From assembly GCF_004010195.1 (NCBI RefSeq), contig NC_057718.1, positions 67,955,872 to 68,019,871 on the forward strand: 64,000 nucleotides of DNA, given 5' to 3'. Of this stretch, positions 37,330 to 49,994 are shown in pieces (the first letter of the stretch is position 1; each line of letters begins with the position of its first letter). The notes under the pieces are model-generated. The model did no database searches. It had not been told where the DNA came from and saw only the letters and a list, made by a program, of their open reading frames with translations. The DNA is from Chiloscyllium plagiosum (lineage: Eukaryota). Position numbers and translations under genes: made by a program.

Positions 37330-38440
37330 GGATGTTCAAAGAGGAGCAGTGTTGGGGTTGTCAGAATTTCAATCAGGGCAGTGTAATTAAATTGCTACCT
37401 GCCAGAACAATAACTGCAACCGTGGAGTGGGGTGAGGACTGTATTTCCAATGGTAACCTTAGCCATCAATTTTTGTGTGTCAGACTGATGCTGGACCTAT
37501 TACCCTGCAGTATATTGTCCACTTAAGTAGGGGAGCAAATGAAGGCTGTATTCGAACAAGACTGACTATATTTCATTTTTTCCCCCGAGAACCACAGACT
37601 TCATAATGTAGCACATCACTGATTATGCACGTCATGTTGCATGCATTGTACGTTAACTCTAAGATCTACTGCAACTGAAAAAGATTTTTCCTTCAAATCC
37701 AGTTAGTGTGTGACACAACACCGTTAATCATTCATGCCAATATTGGGTATGCTTGCAACAGTCGTATGCCATCCCTCTTCTGCAATCTACTATGCTAGCT
37801 GCATTTCTGCTGTGCAACAGACCAAAATATGCAACTGGGGCAACAAAAGCTCTCCACAGGCGACATAGTGGTTTACAGGTGGCATGGTAGCTCAGTGGTT
37901 AGCATTGCTGCCTCAGAACATCCGGGACCCGTATTCAGTTTCAGCCATAGGTGACTACCTGTGCGGAATTTGCACATTCTCCCCATGTCTGCATGGATTT
38001 CTGCCATGTACTCCAGTTTTTTGCCACAGTCCAGAGATGTGCAGGTTAGGTGGATTGGCCTTGCTAAATTGTATCGTAGTGTCCAGGGATGTGCAGTCTA
38101 GGTGGATTAAGTACAATAAATACGGAAATGGAGTGGGGTGTGCTGGATTTGGGTGTGATGCTCTTCAGAGGGTCAGTGCAGACGTGATGGGCCAAATGTC
38201 CTCTTTATGCACTATAGGGATTCTATGATTCATTAACCACATGACTGATGATTTTGGTGCACAACATACATACAGATGGGCAGTTTGCAAACAGTGAAAA
38301 GCCACTAGGATGTGATAAAGCATACCATTGACAGGCCGGAATAATGTTTCCACTACTTGGAACCTCTCTGAAGGAGTACAGCAGTACTTGGTAGTGAGGG
38401 TGTCAAGATTCATGGTGCAGAACCTCATCACCATGAGTGT
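37330..38440 (+). pseudogene. Fossil PIF/Harbinger (HARBI1/DDE_Tnp_4-like) transposase, split by a SINE at 37878-38231
   Basis: Frameshifted colinear peptides EEQC, VTLAINF, TDYISF, IYCN*KRF, QIQLVCD...IIHANIGY, VIKHTI, CFHYL, EGVQQY and RVSRFMV resemble Harbinger transposase motifs recalled from the family. Confidence 0.65.
37878..38231 (+). mobile_element. Older HE1/V-SINE-type SINE
   Basis: Head ggcatggtagctcagtggttagc, diverged V-domain, tail ctatagggattctatgatt. Confidence 0.85.
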
Positions 38441-40287
38441 GTAACTGTTGCCATTGGCTTTATAAGAAGTAGGTCTGAGGCAATCTAGATGGGAGGCAGC
38501 ACTTAGACTTCCATCCTGACAGCATTGTGTGTGTGCGCCTTGAACTGGAGCAATTCAAGAAGACAGCTCACTACCACTTTCCCCAGGGCTATTAGAAATT
38601 CGCAATAAATGCTCAACTAGCCAGTGATGCCTGTCTCCCACAAATGAATTCTGAAAAAAAGGCAGACCCTTTCTGATTAAGACTTGTCCCTGAGCAACTT
38701 ACCTGACTGCATACAAGCAGATGCAACTTCCAGTCCCCCATTTGTCAAACTACCTTCCAACTGTAATTGACTATTACACTGTTGGCTTTGCCATAAAGCA
38801 AAAAAAAATTAAAACCAACAGAAACTAAATGTTTCAAACTTTATAAATGTAGTCTGTTATTGTACATATAAATGAAAACTAATCAACCTACTGACTGGCT
38901 ACTCTATGCTTTTGCTTATCTTCGTGCTTCTGCACAGCATTTGTCTTCTCAATTCTGCCAGTCTGTTGCCCATCAGTGACCCGCTGTGCTGCTTTCCTTG
39001 CTCAGATGGTGCAGTTTGTAGCCATGTTTTCTAGGCTCCAGCTACTTAGGTCATACACAAGATTTCAGCATAGTTGATGCAAGGCTGCTGATTTTTAGTG
39101 GGGAAGACTTGAGATGGCCTTAAAGAATAGCCTGAAGTAGCACTGTCCCTATAAGACCTGGCTTCAGACTGCAGCATCTGGAGATCGAGAGCAGCAGTCT
39201 GGTCTGGCTCACTGTTGGTAACAAAAACCACACTTGAGTTTCATATTCTTACCAATCTCAGGGTGAAGAAGTTTTATTTCTGAATTCCCTAGTTGATTTC
39301 TTTATGTCTATCTTTAATTAATGGATTCTGGGTTTTGTTCTTCCCAATGTGGAAATATTCTGAGTCCAGTCTCTGAAAAGCTTCCATAATTTTAAGACTT
39401 CTTTTCAAGTTGTCCCTTACATTTCAGAAAGAAGAGATCCACCACCTGATTGATTCTTTCATAATAGGTACACTGCAGTCTGGGATCCTCCTGTATTATT
39501 TTTTGAAAACTTTCCAATGTCTCTACACCTTTTTAAACTGCATTTATCATAATTATATACAAGATGTAGTCCAACAATTGTTCAGTACAACTCCACTTCT
39601 TTACTTTTCAATTCTGTCCATCTAGATATAAACCCTCGTGCTTTGTTTGCTTTTTATGGTCTTGTCAAACTGCGTTGCTACATAAATTAAGTAATTTCAC
39701 TCCCAGAACCCTTTGCTCTTCTACCCCACTTTGACTCTTCATATGCAACTTCCTTATTTTTCTTGCTTCGCATGTATCTGTGTTGAAATTCATTTGCCAG
39801 TTGTAAATGTCCATTCTACAAGTTTGTTAACATTTCCTAGTTTCTACTTTCCCACTCTTTCCAAATTTATTGTTAACTGAAAATTTTAAAATTTGTTTTT
39901 TTTTATTCCAAAGTAATATTGTCCCCTGCTGTCTGTGTGTGTATTGTGTGTTTCATCCTTTACTCTCAATCTTCATTCATCTATGGTGATTTAGTAGTGT
40001 GTTAATTTTCTGCCGTGGAAGACGACGTGGATCACTTTTAGCAATGCAAAGTTGCAATTGAATGGTGATTTCCAAGAAATGTTTATTTCTTAAACTGTGG
40101 CTTCATAAAATGAATTTTCCACCGTAGTCAACAAAAGAGAGAGACTGCAGTATACTTGCTTTTAAATGATGGATATTTTCGGTTTCCTCAAGTTTGAATC
40201 AGTAAATTATAGATTGTCTCTTTTCTTTTATTCTATGTTTAATAAATTAAAATGCTGTTGCATTGTCTGTATCTCTTCACAATGCAG

Positions 40288-40377
40288 GAGCTCCAATGCC
40301 AGCTCAACCTCCCAATAGCCAATCAGATGCTAGTTCTCATCCTATCATGAGTCAGTCACCTATGTCACAGGATCGAG
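40288..40377 (+). CDS. arid1b: ARID1B internal coding exon (90 nt, phase 1 to 1), (G)[29 protein letters not shown](G)
   Basis: Acceptor tctcttcacaatgcAG, donor GAG|GTTGGT; keeps the frame from the previous exon; resembles ARID1B [30 protein letters not shown]. Too short for the ORF track. Confidence 0.9.
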
Positions 40378-41117
40378 GTTGGTTGTTTTAATATGATTTC
40401 TGACTTTAAACGGATGCTGCTACTTTTGATCAAATTAAACAAAGACAATATTTTTAATTTTAAATATTTCACTAATAACCATACCATTAACAATTTGCTG
40501 CTTTTTTTGTTAATTTGAAAATAAGCACAGTCAATACCTCATGGTCAAAGCTTAAAACTTAGCAGCTTCATGTTTTACAGAGCATGCACGTTTTACAAAT
40601 TAGCGCTTTTGTAATAGAATGTTTCACTAATTGAGTTTTTTTCAGTGTGATCACAGATTTTAGTTGATTTTAAAATTAATTTGCAGATTAACCTTAATTA
40701 TCCTGCAATTCGAACATGTATGAAATTATGAAATAAATTAAAAGTTTGTGTACCCATTACAAACTAACCATTTTTTGTTAGAATTGCAGCAGCTACTATA
40801 TCTTAATGTATTTACATCTGGAATGCAATATGGTGTGATTATAAATATATTTTGTCAAAATTGAACTACTTGCTTTCTAAGCCTTTGATCCGAAGTAATG
40901 TATTTTAAAGTTAAGCTATTTTTCACTGCATTTGTAAGATTAAGTATAACAATACAAACACAAATTTTCTAGTAAATTTCTCCAGTAATGGTATTGTTCA
41001 TAATCCAAAAGGTTTGCATGCTTGTCTATGTGTAAATATGCACACATGTATAGTATTAAGAGAAAATTCCGATTTTCTGTGCCATTTTATGCCACAGAAA
41101 TATATGTCTGACTAACT

Positions 41118-41682
41118 TAGAATCATAGAGATGTACAGCATGGAAACAGACCCTTCAGTCCAACTCATCCATGCCAACCAAATATCTTAAGTTAATCTAG
41201 TCCCACTTGCCCATGCGTGGTCCATATACCTGTAAGGAGAAAGTGAGGTCTGCAGATGCTGGAGACATATACCTGTAAGCCCTTTCTATTCATATGCCCA
41301 TCCAGATGCCTTTTAAATGTTGTAATTGTACCAGCTGCCACCACTTCCTCTGGCAGCTCATTCCATACATGCACGACCCTATGCGTGTAAAAGTTGCCCC
41401 TCTGGTCACTTTTAAATCTTTCCTCTCTCACCCTAAACCTATACCGTCTAGTTTTGGACTTACCCACTCCATGGGAAACACCTTGTCTATTTACCCTATC
41501 CATGCTCCTCATGACCTTATACATCTCTATGATGTCCAGGGAAAACAGCCCCTCCCTGTAGCTCAAACCCTCCAAACCTGGCAACACCCTTGCAAATCTT
41601 CTCTGAACTCTTTCAAGTTTCACAACATCCTTTCTGTAGGATGGAGATCAGAATTGCACACAATGTTCCAAAAGTGGCCTAA
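41118..41682 (-). mobile_element. CR1-type 3' fragment
   Basis: Minus ORF KLERVQRRFARVLPGLEGLSYRE...VWNELP. Confidence 0.88.
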
Positions 41683-41849
41683 CAGCAATTGTACAATCTT
41701 TAAGTATAGAAGGAGCATATTGTGTACATTGTGCCCAGCTTGCTTTTTGTAAAAGCTGTTGATTTAGTCCCATAGCCTTAATCATTCCCCACTCTCTGGG
41801 CTTGGGCTGAAAGGTGGCAGGTGGCATTCGCATCACACAGTTGCAGGGC

Positions 41850-42570
41850 TGTGACTGTTACTGGTGGGAAACAGCCTGGCTGCCCCTCCTTGGCATTCAG
41901 TAGTTTTGCAATTGCTGAATGCTCCACTGTCGGCATACTGGGGGTAGTGGTTGACCGGGGACTCAATACATGGGCACAGTGGCTGTGGTGAGCAGGTCAG
42001 ACACTAGGAATGCTCAGCGAGTAACACATCACCTGGCTCCCTGGGCCTGTCCACCATCTGCAGTGCACAGGTCAGGGTGTGATGGAATATCCCCCACTTG
42101 CGCAGACAAGTGCAGCCCCAACAACACTCAAGAAGCTTGACACCATTCAGGGCGAAGCAGCCTGCTTGATTGGTACTACATCCATCAAAATCCGTTCCCT
42201 CCACCACCTCAGGAGCAACAGTGTTACTACCTACAAGATGCACTACAGAAATTCACCATAGATCCTGAGATAATGCCTTTCAAACACACACCAGCTTTCA
42301 TCTGGAAAGGTAACGGCAGTAGATATGTGGGAACATCACCACTTTCAAGTTCATCTCCAAATCACTAACCATTCTGACTTGGAAATATATCCCCATTACT
42401 TTACTGTTGTTGGGTGAAAAGCCTGGAATTCACAACCCACAGCAGGTGGGCTGCTGCCGTTCAAGATGGCAGCCTGCCACCGCCTTCTCAAGAGCAACTA
42501 GCAATGGGTAATAAATACTGGCCAGGTAGCGACACTCACATTTCACAAAATGAATGAATAAATAAATAAA
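41850..42570 (+). mobile_element. CR1-like LINE 3' fragment with the tail shared by SINE family B
   Basis: ORF MEYPPLA...AAPTTLKKLDTIQGEAACLIG; tail gcaatgggtaataaatactggcc...tgaatgaataaataaa. Confidence 0.7.
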
Positions 42571-42699
42571 TCCATGGGCATCCACTCTGTCCACCGCCTG
42601 CGCTCAGTAGCGGCAGTATGCGTTATCAGTGGGATGCACTGCAGGAATTCAGCAAAGATCCTCAGGAAACATCTTTCAAGCCCACAACCTCTACTGTTT

Positions 42700-43372
42700 A
42701 GAAGAGCTAAAACGTGGCAGATGGAGTTCGATCTGGTTGGATGCTAAGTGTTGCATTTTGATGCAGCTAACCAGGGCAGGGCTTGTATATTTGGTGGTGT
42801 TCTGGAATGGGGGGACCTGGGGATTTCGTTTGCCTACATTGGTGAGGCCTTTTCTGGAATACTGTGTCCAGTTCTGGTTGTACAGTTATAGGAAGGATAT
42901 TATTAAGCTGAAAAGGGTTCAGAAGAAATTTATCAGAATCTTGCCAGGTACAGAACGTTTGAGTTATAAAGAAAGGCTGGGTCTTTTTTCACTGGGGTGT
43001 AGGAGGTTGAGGGGCAACGTTACAGAAGTATGAAATATAAAGAAAGGTATAGATAAGCACTTTCCATAGGAGGGGGATTTCATGACTAGCGGGCACATTT
43101 TTAAGATGAGAGGAAGGAGATTTTAAAAAAGACATGAGGGTCTGATGTTTTACACAGCAGGTGATTTGTATATGGAGTGGGCTTCTGAGGACGTGGTGGA
43201 TGTGGGTACAGTTACGACATTTAAAAGATATTTGGATAAGTATGTGAATAGGAAAGGTTTGGAAGGATATGGACCAGGAGCAGGCAGGTGGGACAAGTTT
43301 ATTTTGGGATTATGTTTGGCGTGGACTGGTTGGACCAAAAGATCTGATTCTGTGCTGTATGACTCTGTGACG
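42700..43372 (+). mobile_element. CR1-type 3' fragment
   Basis: LVRPFLEYCVQFW...KLKRVQKKF; tail gctgtatgactctgtgac. Confidence 0.85.
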
Positions 43373-44719
43373 TTCCTGCCTTGAAATATTTACCCAATGT
43401 CCTTTTACAAGTTATTATCAAATCTGTTTCCACCACCAGTATTTGCAATGCATAAGGGTAAGGGTTGAACTTGTTTCCAGAAGCCCCAATGTGCCTGACA
43501 AAATTGCAGGTGGTCAGTCTGAGGAATGTCACCCCTGCATGTGGAAATAACTGAATCAGTGGGGCATTCCTTTTCCAATCACAGGCTGTTGCAGTTCTGT
43601 TCTCATTGCTGATAGGTTCACTTGTGAGATTAAGGGATCGTGTTCAATAACAACCAAGATCGGCGAGTGGAGAAAGTAGCCTCTTTATTGAGCATCCTAG
43701 TACACAGTTTGAGATGGCGAGGGAATCCAAAGTACAGTTTTACAGTGGCCTCTTTTGTACATAGTTGTTACAGACATTTAAATTTTAGCACTACGGTGTT
43801 ACATAGTTGTATCTATTGTCCACACATTTGCGTGATATCTGTCCTGGGAAAGCAGGAGATAGTTAAGCACTTGCTAAATGCTGGCTGTTACTCCTGATGG
43901 GATTAGAATGTCTGTCTGGTCTGAGTTTGCATAAGTAAAAGATGTTAGTCCTTTTATCTTCAAAGTTAGTAATGTTAGTAAAAATACTACACCTTTATGT
44001 TCTAAATAATGAGAAATTATACATGTACTAAAGAAAGGTATGGAGGATATTAATCTGATCTGCCGCTGGGTTGTGAGATTTCATTTACTATTGTCGGTTT
44101 TGACAGTTCTTAGCCTTACATTCATGCAGTTTCATGGAAATGCTGTTTTGATACTTTTTAATATGTGTTTTAAAAGTACATACTAGTGGAGGAAACTGTT
44201 TAATGTTCTGCGATCCAGGTCCCGAGAGACGGTTAATCTTTTCATAGTTTGGAGTGAGATATGGAGACATGATGATGTGTGCTGGCATTGTTCTGAGTAG
44301 GTTACAGTATTAACATTTATTCAGGGGTAGCCTTTGATACAGAAACAGGTCTAAACTGTTTCCAGCATGGGGTATAAAGAAACAGTAATGGGTTGGAAGG
44401 CATATTTAATTTAGTTTATCTTAGAAGAGTAAAATGTACTACAAAAAATGCAGTTTTATGAATGAGTGAATGGAAACGCATTATAGTAACTGTAGAGTGC
44501 TTGTGAGTGATTTAGTAATATTTCATAGAGATGCAGTTGTCCTGATCAGAAAAAAAGCAAGGGAAAACAGCAGCCTGTGATTGAGGGGGTAGCAACCTAT
44601 GGGAAGACAAGTGGCAGTGATCACTATATCTGCTAGGCCTATGGAGATCTAGGCTAAGGGATAACAGAGGAGGGGGATGAATTTGGGGAGGAAGTGAGTG
44701 GTGAGTGAGTGCCAGGCCA

Positions 44720-45345
44720 GAGGATTTATTGGTCAATATATTGAGTACAGGAGTTGGGAGGTCATGTTGTGGCCGTACAGGACATTGATTAGGGAACTTT
44801 TGGAATACTGCATTCAGTTCTGGTCTCCCTCCTGGAGGAAGGATGTTGTGAAACTTGAAAGGGTTCAGAAAAGATTTACAAGAGTGTTGTTCGGGTTGGA
44901 GGGTTTGAACTATGGAGAGAGGCTAAATAGGCTGGGGATATTTTCCCCTGAGCATCGGATGCTGAGGGGTGATCTTACAAAGGTTTATAAAATCATAAGG
45001 GGTGTGGATAGGGTAAATAACCAAACTCTCTTCCTGGGGGTGGGGACATCTAAAACTAGAGGGCATAGGTTTAAGGTGAGAGGGGAAAGATTTAAAAGGG
45101 ACCTGAAGGGCGCCTTTTTCATGCAGAGGTTGGTATGTATATGGAATAAGCTGCCATAGAAAGTGGTGGAGGCTAGTACAATTACAACATTTAAAAGGTG
45201 TCAGGATGGATATATGAATAGAAAGGGTTTAGAGTGATGTGGGCTGGGAGCTGGCGAATGGGATGAGATATAATTTAGGATATCTGGTCAGCATGGGCAA
45301 GTTGGACCGAAGGGTTGTTTCCGTGCTGGACAGCTCCATGACTCG
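44720..45345 (+). mobile_element. CR1-type 3' fragment
   Basis: 153-aa ORF LLEYCIQFWSP...LERVQKRFTR...TRGHRFKV. Confidence 0.9.
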
Positions 45346-46814
45346 AAGCGAGGCCAATTAAAGTATGGGTGTGGTGCGGTGGACAGAAACTGTGAAAGTG
45401 TACAGAACAACTTTAAGTCTGTCCATAAGGAATTCTCAGCTAACTGGCATCCTGGAAATTTTGAAGCCGTCAAGATAATGGATTTCTTGTAAATGCATAC
45501 GGAGTTTCTAGTCTAAGGCTGCTTAAGTTCAGGAGATACCTTTTGGAAAAAGTGGGTAATGGCTGCTATTGTAACGAACACAAGGTAAATTGGATAATTT
45601 AAGACTAAACTGATTTATTTCAAATGGTTTACACTTATGTGTTATCACATTTCAATGTTTCCCATTCTGTGAATTACTTAAGATGCATAATTTGTTTTCG
45701 AGTTAAACATGGCAACCATTTTGCACATACTAATATCCCACACAGTAATAAGCAGCATGCATATCCAAAATTCTTTCTATGGCCATAGTATATTCCAAAG
45801 TTCTTTATACTCAGTTAAATACTTGGCAAGTGTAGCCATTGTTATAATGAAAAAAGCATAATTCAATAATTAATGCTGGGAAGTCTCAGTTTAGGGAAGA
45901 TGATCTTAACAGTGGTACCAGATCTTTCAGCAGTGAAATCAAGAAACACTTGTAAGTAAAAGGCAGTCAAGCTTTTAATGCAAATGCAATTGATGCTAGA
46001 TAAATTGCTAAATTTAGATCTGAAATTTCAATTAGAAATGCAGTGAAAACAGCTCGAATAACTGGGAAGGAAAAAACTGTGACCTGGTTAAAATCCTCCA
46101 GAGTTTAGCACGTACAGTGAAATTACAGTAGCTGTGACCTCACCAGTCCTCAAAGTGTATTTACGATAGTGGCTTTCTGATTCGAGAAGTGTGTGTCAGT
46201 TATTTTGAGGAGAAAAAAGCTTTTGCGAACTTATGCCTGTCGTCTTGTGCCAGTTCATATATTGTGTTGTGAGTTTAAGTTTAATGGATGGGTGATGAAT
46301 ATTTAGGATATTGATAATGTCTGAGTCTGGAGACTGCATATGTGAACACAAATACAGATGGTAACATTACTCAATGTCTGCATCATGTAATAAAGAAATT
46401 GATGAAAATTAGTAAAATGTCTCTGAAAATCTAAAAATATCTTCAACAAAAAATGTATTGACCTGGTCCACTCTTTTTCATAAAATGTAATTCTATGTTC
46501 CCCCTTCAGTCTGTTCCCCATTTCATAAATTGTATGCTTATATGGAAAATGTTGGGGGCATCAAGTGTCCAAACTATTTATCAGAAATTATGATCTTAAA
46601 TTTCATTAAATCTAGACTTTTCTGCTTCCACTCACTACACTGCTACAAATGGATTAACTTATTCTATTTAATGTTAATGGTTTAAGCATTTAATTTAAAG
46701 TATAATTCGTTTTGCCATTTTGGAGATGCAACAGATGCTTCTGTCAATTGTTTATGCTTAAAGTAAGCACACTCAGTATGGAGAGTTTGAAATGAAAATT
46801 AAAAATAAATAAAT

Positions 46815-47295
46815 TCAAGACGTACTAGAAAGGGTACAGAGTAGATTTACCTGATTGTTGCCTGGGCTGGAGAGTTTCAGTCACAAAGAGAGATTCAACA
46901 GACTGGAGTTGTTTCTCTTAGAGCAGAGAAGATTGAGCAGAGGCATGATTGGGATGTGTAAAATTGCAGGGCACATGTAGGGTAGACAAAAGAACTTTTC
47001 CCCTTGACCATTGGCACAGATTTAAGACAAAGGGTGGAAGGTTCAGAAAGGATGTAATGAAAAACACTTTCCCCCAGAAGGTAGTGGGAACCTGGAACTC
47101 ACTGCCTGTAAGTGTGGTACAGACCAGATACCCATATAACATTTAAGTAGTATTCAGATGTGCAAGTGCACTGTCAAGGCAAACCTGTTTATGGGCCAAA
47201 TGCTAGAAAATGGGATTAGAATAGTTAGGTGTTCATTTTTGAATGGTGCAGACATGATGGGCCGAAGGGTCTTTACTGTAAATTTCTATGACTTT
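46815..47295 (+). mobile_element. Older CR1-type 3' fragment
   Basis: FPQKVVGTWNSLP motif and CR1 tail. Confidence 0.8.
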
Positions 47296-49367
47296 GACAA
47301 GATTAAATAAATGAATGCCCAAAATTTGGCTTCTAAGTAAATATCTTTGAGAATTTGTCAGATCTTGGAAGGATAACGTGCAGGAACTGAATTATACTGA
47401 CCTTTACTGTTTCTTAGTTGTTATTGCTTACCAAAAAGAGCTATTTACTTGGCTAATGATCCAATGTTCTTTTCTTTCCTACTATCCCTTAAGAGGTAAA
47501 AACTGGTTCAAAGCAGAAAAAAGTGAAGATCATTCATGAATTCCCTAACATTTAGAAAAAAGTGAAATTCCATCAACACTTATCCATTTCAGGGGGTTGA
47601 GATTCCTGTCCAAAGTCTTAATTTATTAAACCATAACCTACTGCTTTCTTCTACCATTATATTTTCATTAATTCAGTTTTATGTGTTTCTTTTGTCCCTG
47701 TTCAAATTACAATAAAGTAGAAATGCTAAAGGCGAGTTGAAATTGCATAACCGTGCATATGTGAAGGCAGGCTGGAGGACCACCACCTCATCTGAATTAA
47801 AATTTCATTTGATCATTTTACTCATTCACAAAATTGAAAATTGACCTATATCCATCTGACCAAGGTCAGTGTGTATAATTGACTTGAGTGACTAGAATGC
47901 AATGATGCCAATTTAAAGGATCTTCAGCACAGTATAAATGCTGCAAGTTTTGCTGATGGTCAGCCAGATAAAGCAGAGTAGCAGTTTAAACAAGCAATCC
48001 AACCCTCCAACTGATGTTGATATTAAATAGTCAAAAACTGATAACTTTCATTAATATCCCACTGGCATTTTATCAGACCAATGTTGACACCGAGCTGTAT
48101 ATCAGAACAAGTAACCAAAATTTTGGTCAAAGTGTTATGCTTCATGGAGTCCTTTAAAGGAGAAGAAACAGACAATGAGGAGGGTAGGGAGACATTTCAA
48201 GAGCACAGGACCTAGGCAGCTAAAGGCTACTGGCTATAATAAAGAATGGTCATCAGGCTAAAATTGGAGACAATAGGACTAGGGAAGGTTACAGAGACAT
48301 ATTAATAAGAATTTTCAAACAAGGTGTTGCTAGAGCAATGCAGGTCACCAGACATGGAATAATGGATTATTTGGACTTGATGCATTGGAATGTAGACGCT
48401 GGTTTGTGTTTGGTTTATAGAGGATAAAGAACATGATGTAATGCAGGGATGAGGACTTCAGCGTTGGTTGGTTTGAGACAGTTGTGGAAGTGCACTATAT
48501 TAGAGTTGGAAGTAGGTATACATGTTGGAGAGGACAATGCAGTCTTAACTTTAGTTAATTCCAAAACTGAAGCAAACAAGGGAGACTATCCCAAAACGCT
48601 GCTGGCAGTATCATGTTTTTTGCAGTGTTTAGTAAATTAATTTCAAAGTTGCATCCATAAAAATAGTGCTGCCATCACCTTACCGTACAGTAAAATTAAA
48701 TAAAAGAATAAAACTCTGTAATACTCAAGTTTGGGATGTCAGTTTCAGTAGTACAATATAAATATAGAGCTTTTTCCCTATAACTGTTCTGATGCCAGCG
48801 ACTACAAAGGTCTGTGTACCATTGAAGCAAACTTTACCACGTTTTCAGAAAATTCCTAAGCACTTTATATTCAAATATATGTTTTTGAAGAGAAGTGACT
48901 GTTACTATATGAGGAAATAATTGTTTGCCTTGGCTTTGCTCTGTTATAATCAAAACAAATAGGTAGTTGTAAATTTCCCCTCAAGGAATTTTCAGCTAAA
49001 TAGTGCCAAGTTGGGTAATGGGGAGTTCGGGGAAGGTAGTAGAACAGTGAAAGGCAATTGAAAAGTTTGAAATATATGATGAAGAGATTTTTTTCCAAAC
49101 TAAATTCTACTTTGTTATATCTTGAATGTACAGAGATCTATAACCTTATTGTACAGCTAACACCACTATCCTGGGTCTCTTCAGAATTGGGCTTTGTTTA
49201 AAGTAGGGTCAGGGATAGGATATCTCATTTCACATCAGTGGGGAGATGATTATCTAACAAGGTTATCATGAATATGATTTTTCTTTAACCAGATCCATCT
49301 TTCGAATGAAGTGCTGCTGAAATTGGTCACAGTGACTGAAATTAACAAAAATGACATTGACATTGTT

Positions 49368-49681
49368 GGAGCAGCACAGTGGCTCAGTGATTAGCACTGT
49401 TGCCTCATAGCACCAGGGACCCGGGTTTGATTCCTGTCACGGGCGACTGTCTGTGTGGAGTTTGCACATTCTCCCTGTGTCTGCATGGACTTACTCCAGC
49501 TGCTCCAGTTTCCTCCCATATTCCAAAGATGTGCAGGTCAGGTGAATTGGTCATGCTAAATTGCCCATTGTGTTAGGTGCATTAGCCAGAGGGAAATGAA
49601 TCTGGGTGGGTTACTCTTCGGAGGGTTGGTGTGGACTTGCTGGGCCAAAGGACCTGTTTTCACACTGTAGAGAATCTAATC
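49368..49681 (+). mobile_element. HE1/V-SINE-type SINE
   Basis: Head gcagcacagtggctcagtgattagc, V-domain, tail acactgtagagaatctaatc. Confidence 0.88.
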
Positions 49682-49889
49682 AAAAGTCAAATGACACCGG
49701 GTTATAGTCCAACAGGTTTGTTTGAAATCACAAGCTTTCTAAGCACTACCCCTTCATCAGGTGAAGTGCCTAACAAAGGGGCAGCGCTCTAAATGCTTGT
49801 GATTTCAAACAAACGTGTTGGACGACAACCTGGTGTCGTGTGACTTTTGACTTTGTCCTCCGCAGTCTAACACTGGCACCTCCCACATC
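49682..49889. mobile_element. Fold-back Penelope-like element (family 2); hammerhead core on minus strand 49732-49760
   Basis: Arms 49681-49735 and 49795-49850 are inverted; reverse complement tcacCTGATGA-AGGGGT-AGT-GCTTA-GAAAG-CTT-gtga. Confidence 0.75.
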
Positions 49890-49994
49890 ATGACATTGAT
49901 ATTGACATTGATCTAACTCACAGTTCATTGAAATTGAAAATTACCATTATTATTCTTAGTAGAGTTAATCATTGAAGAAATTGTTTCACCATCT

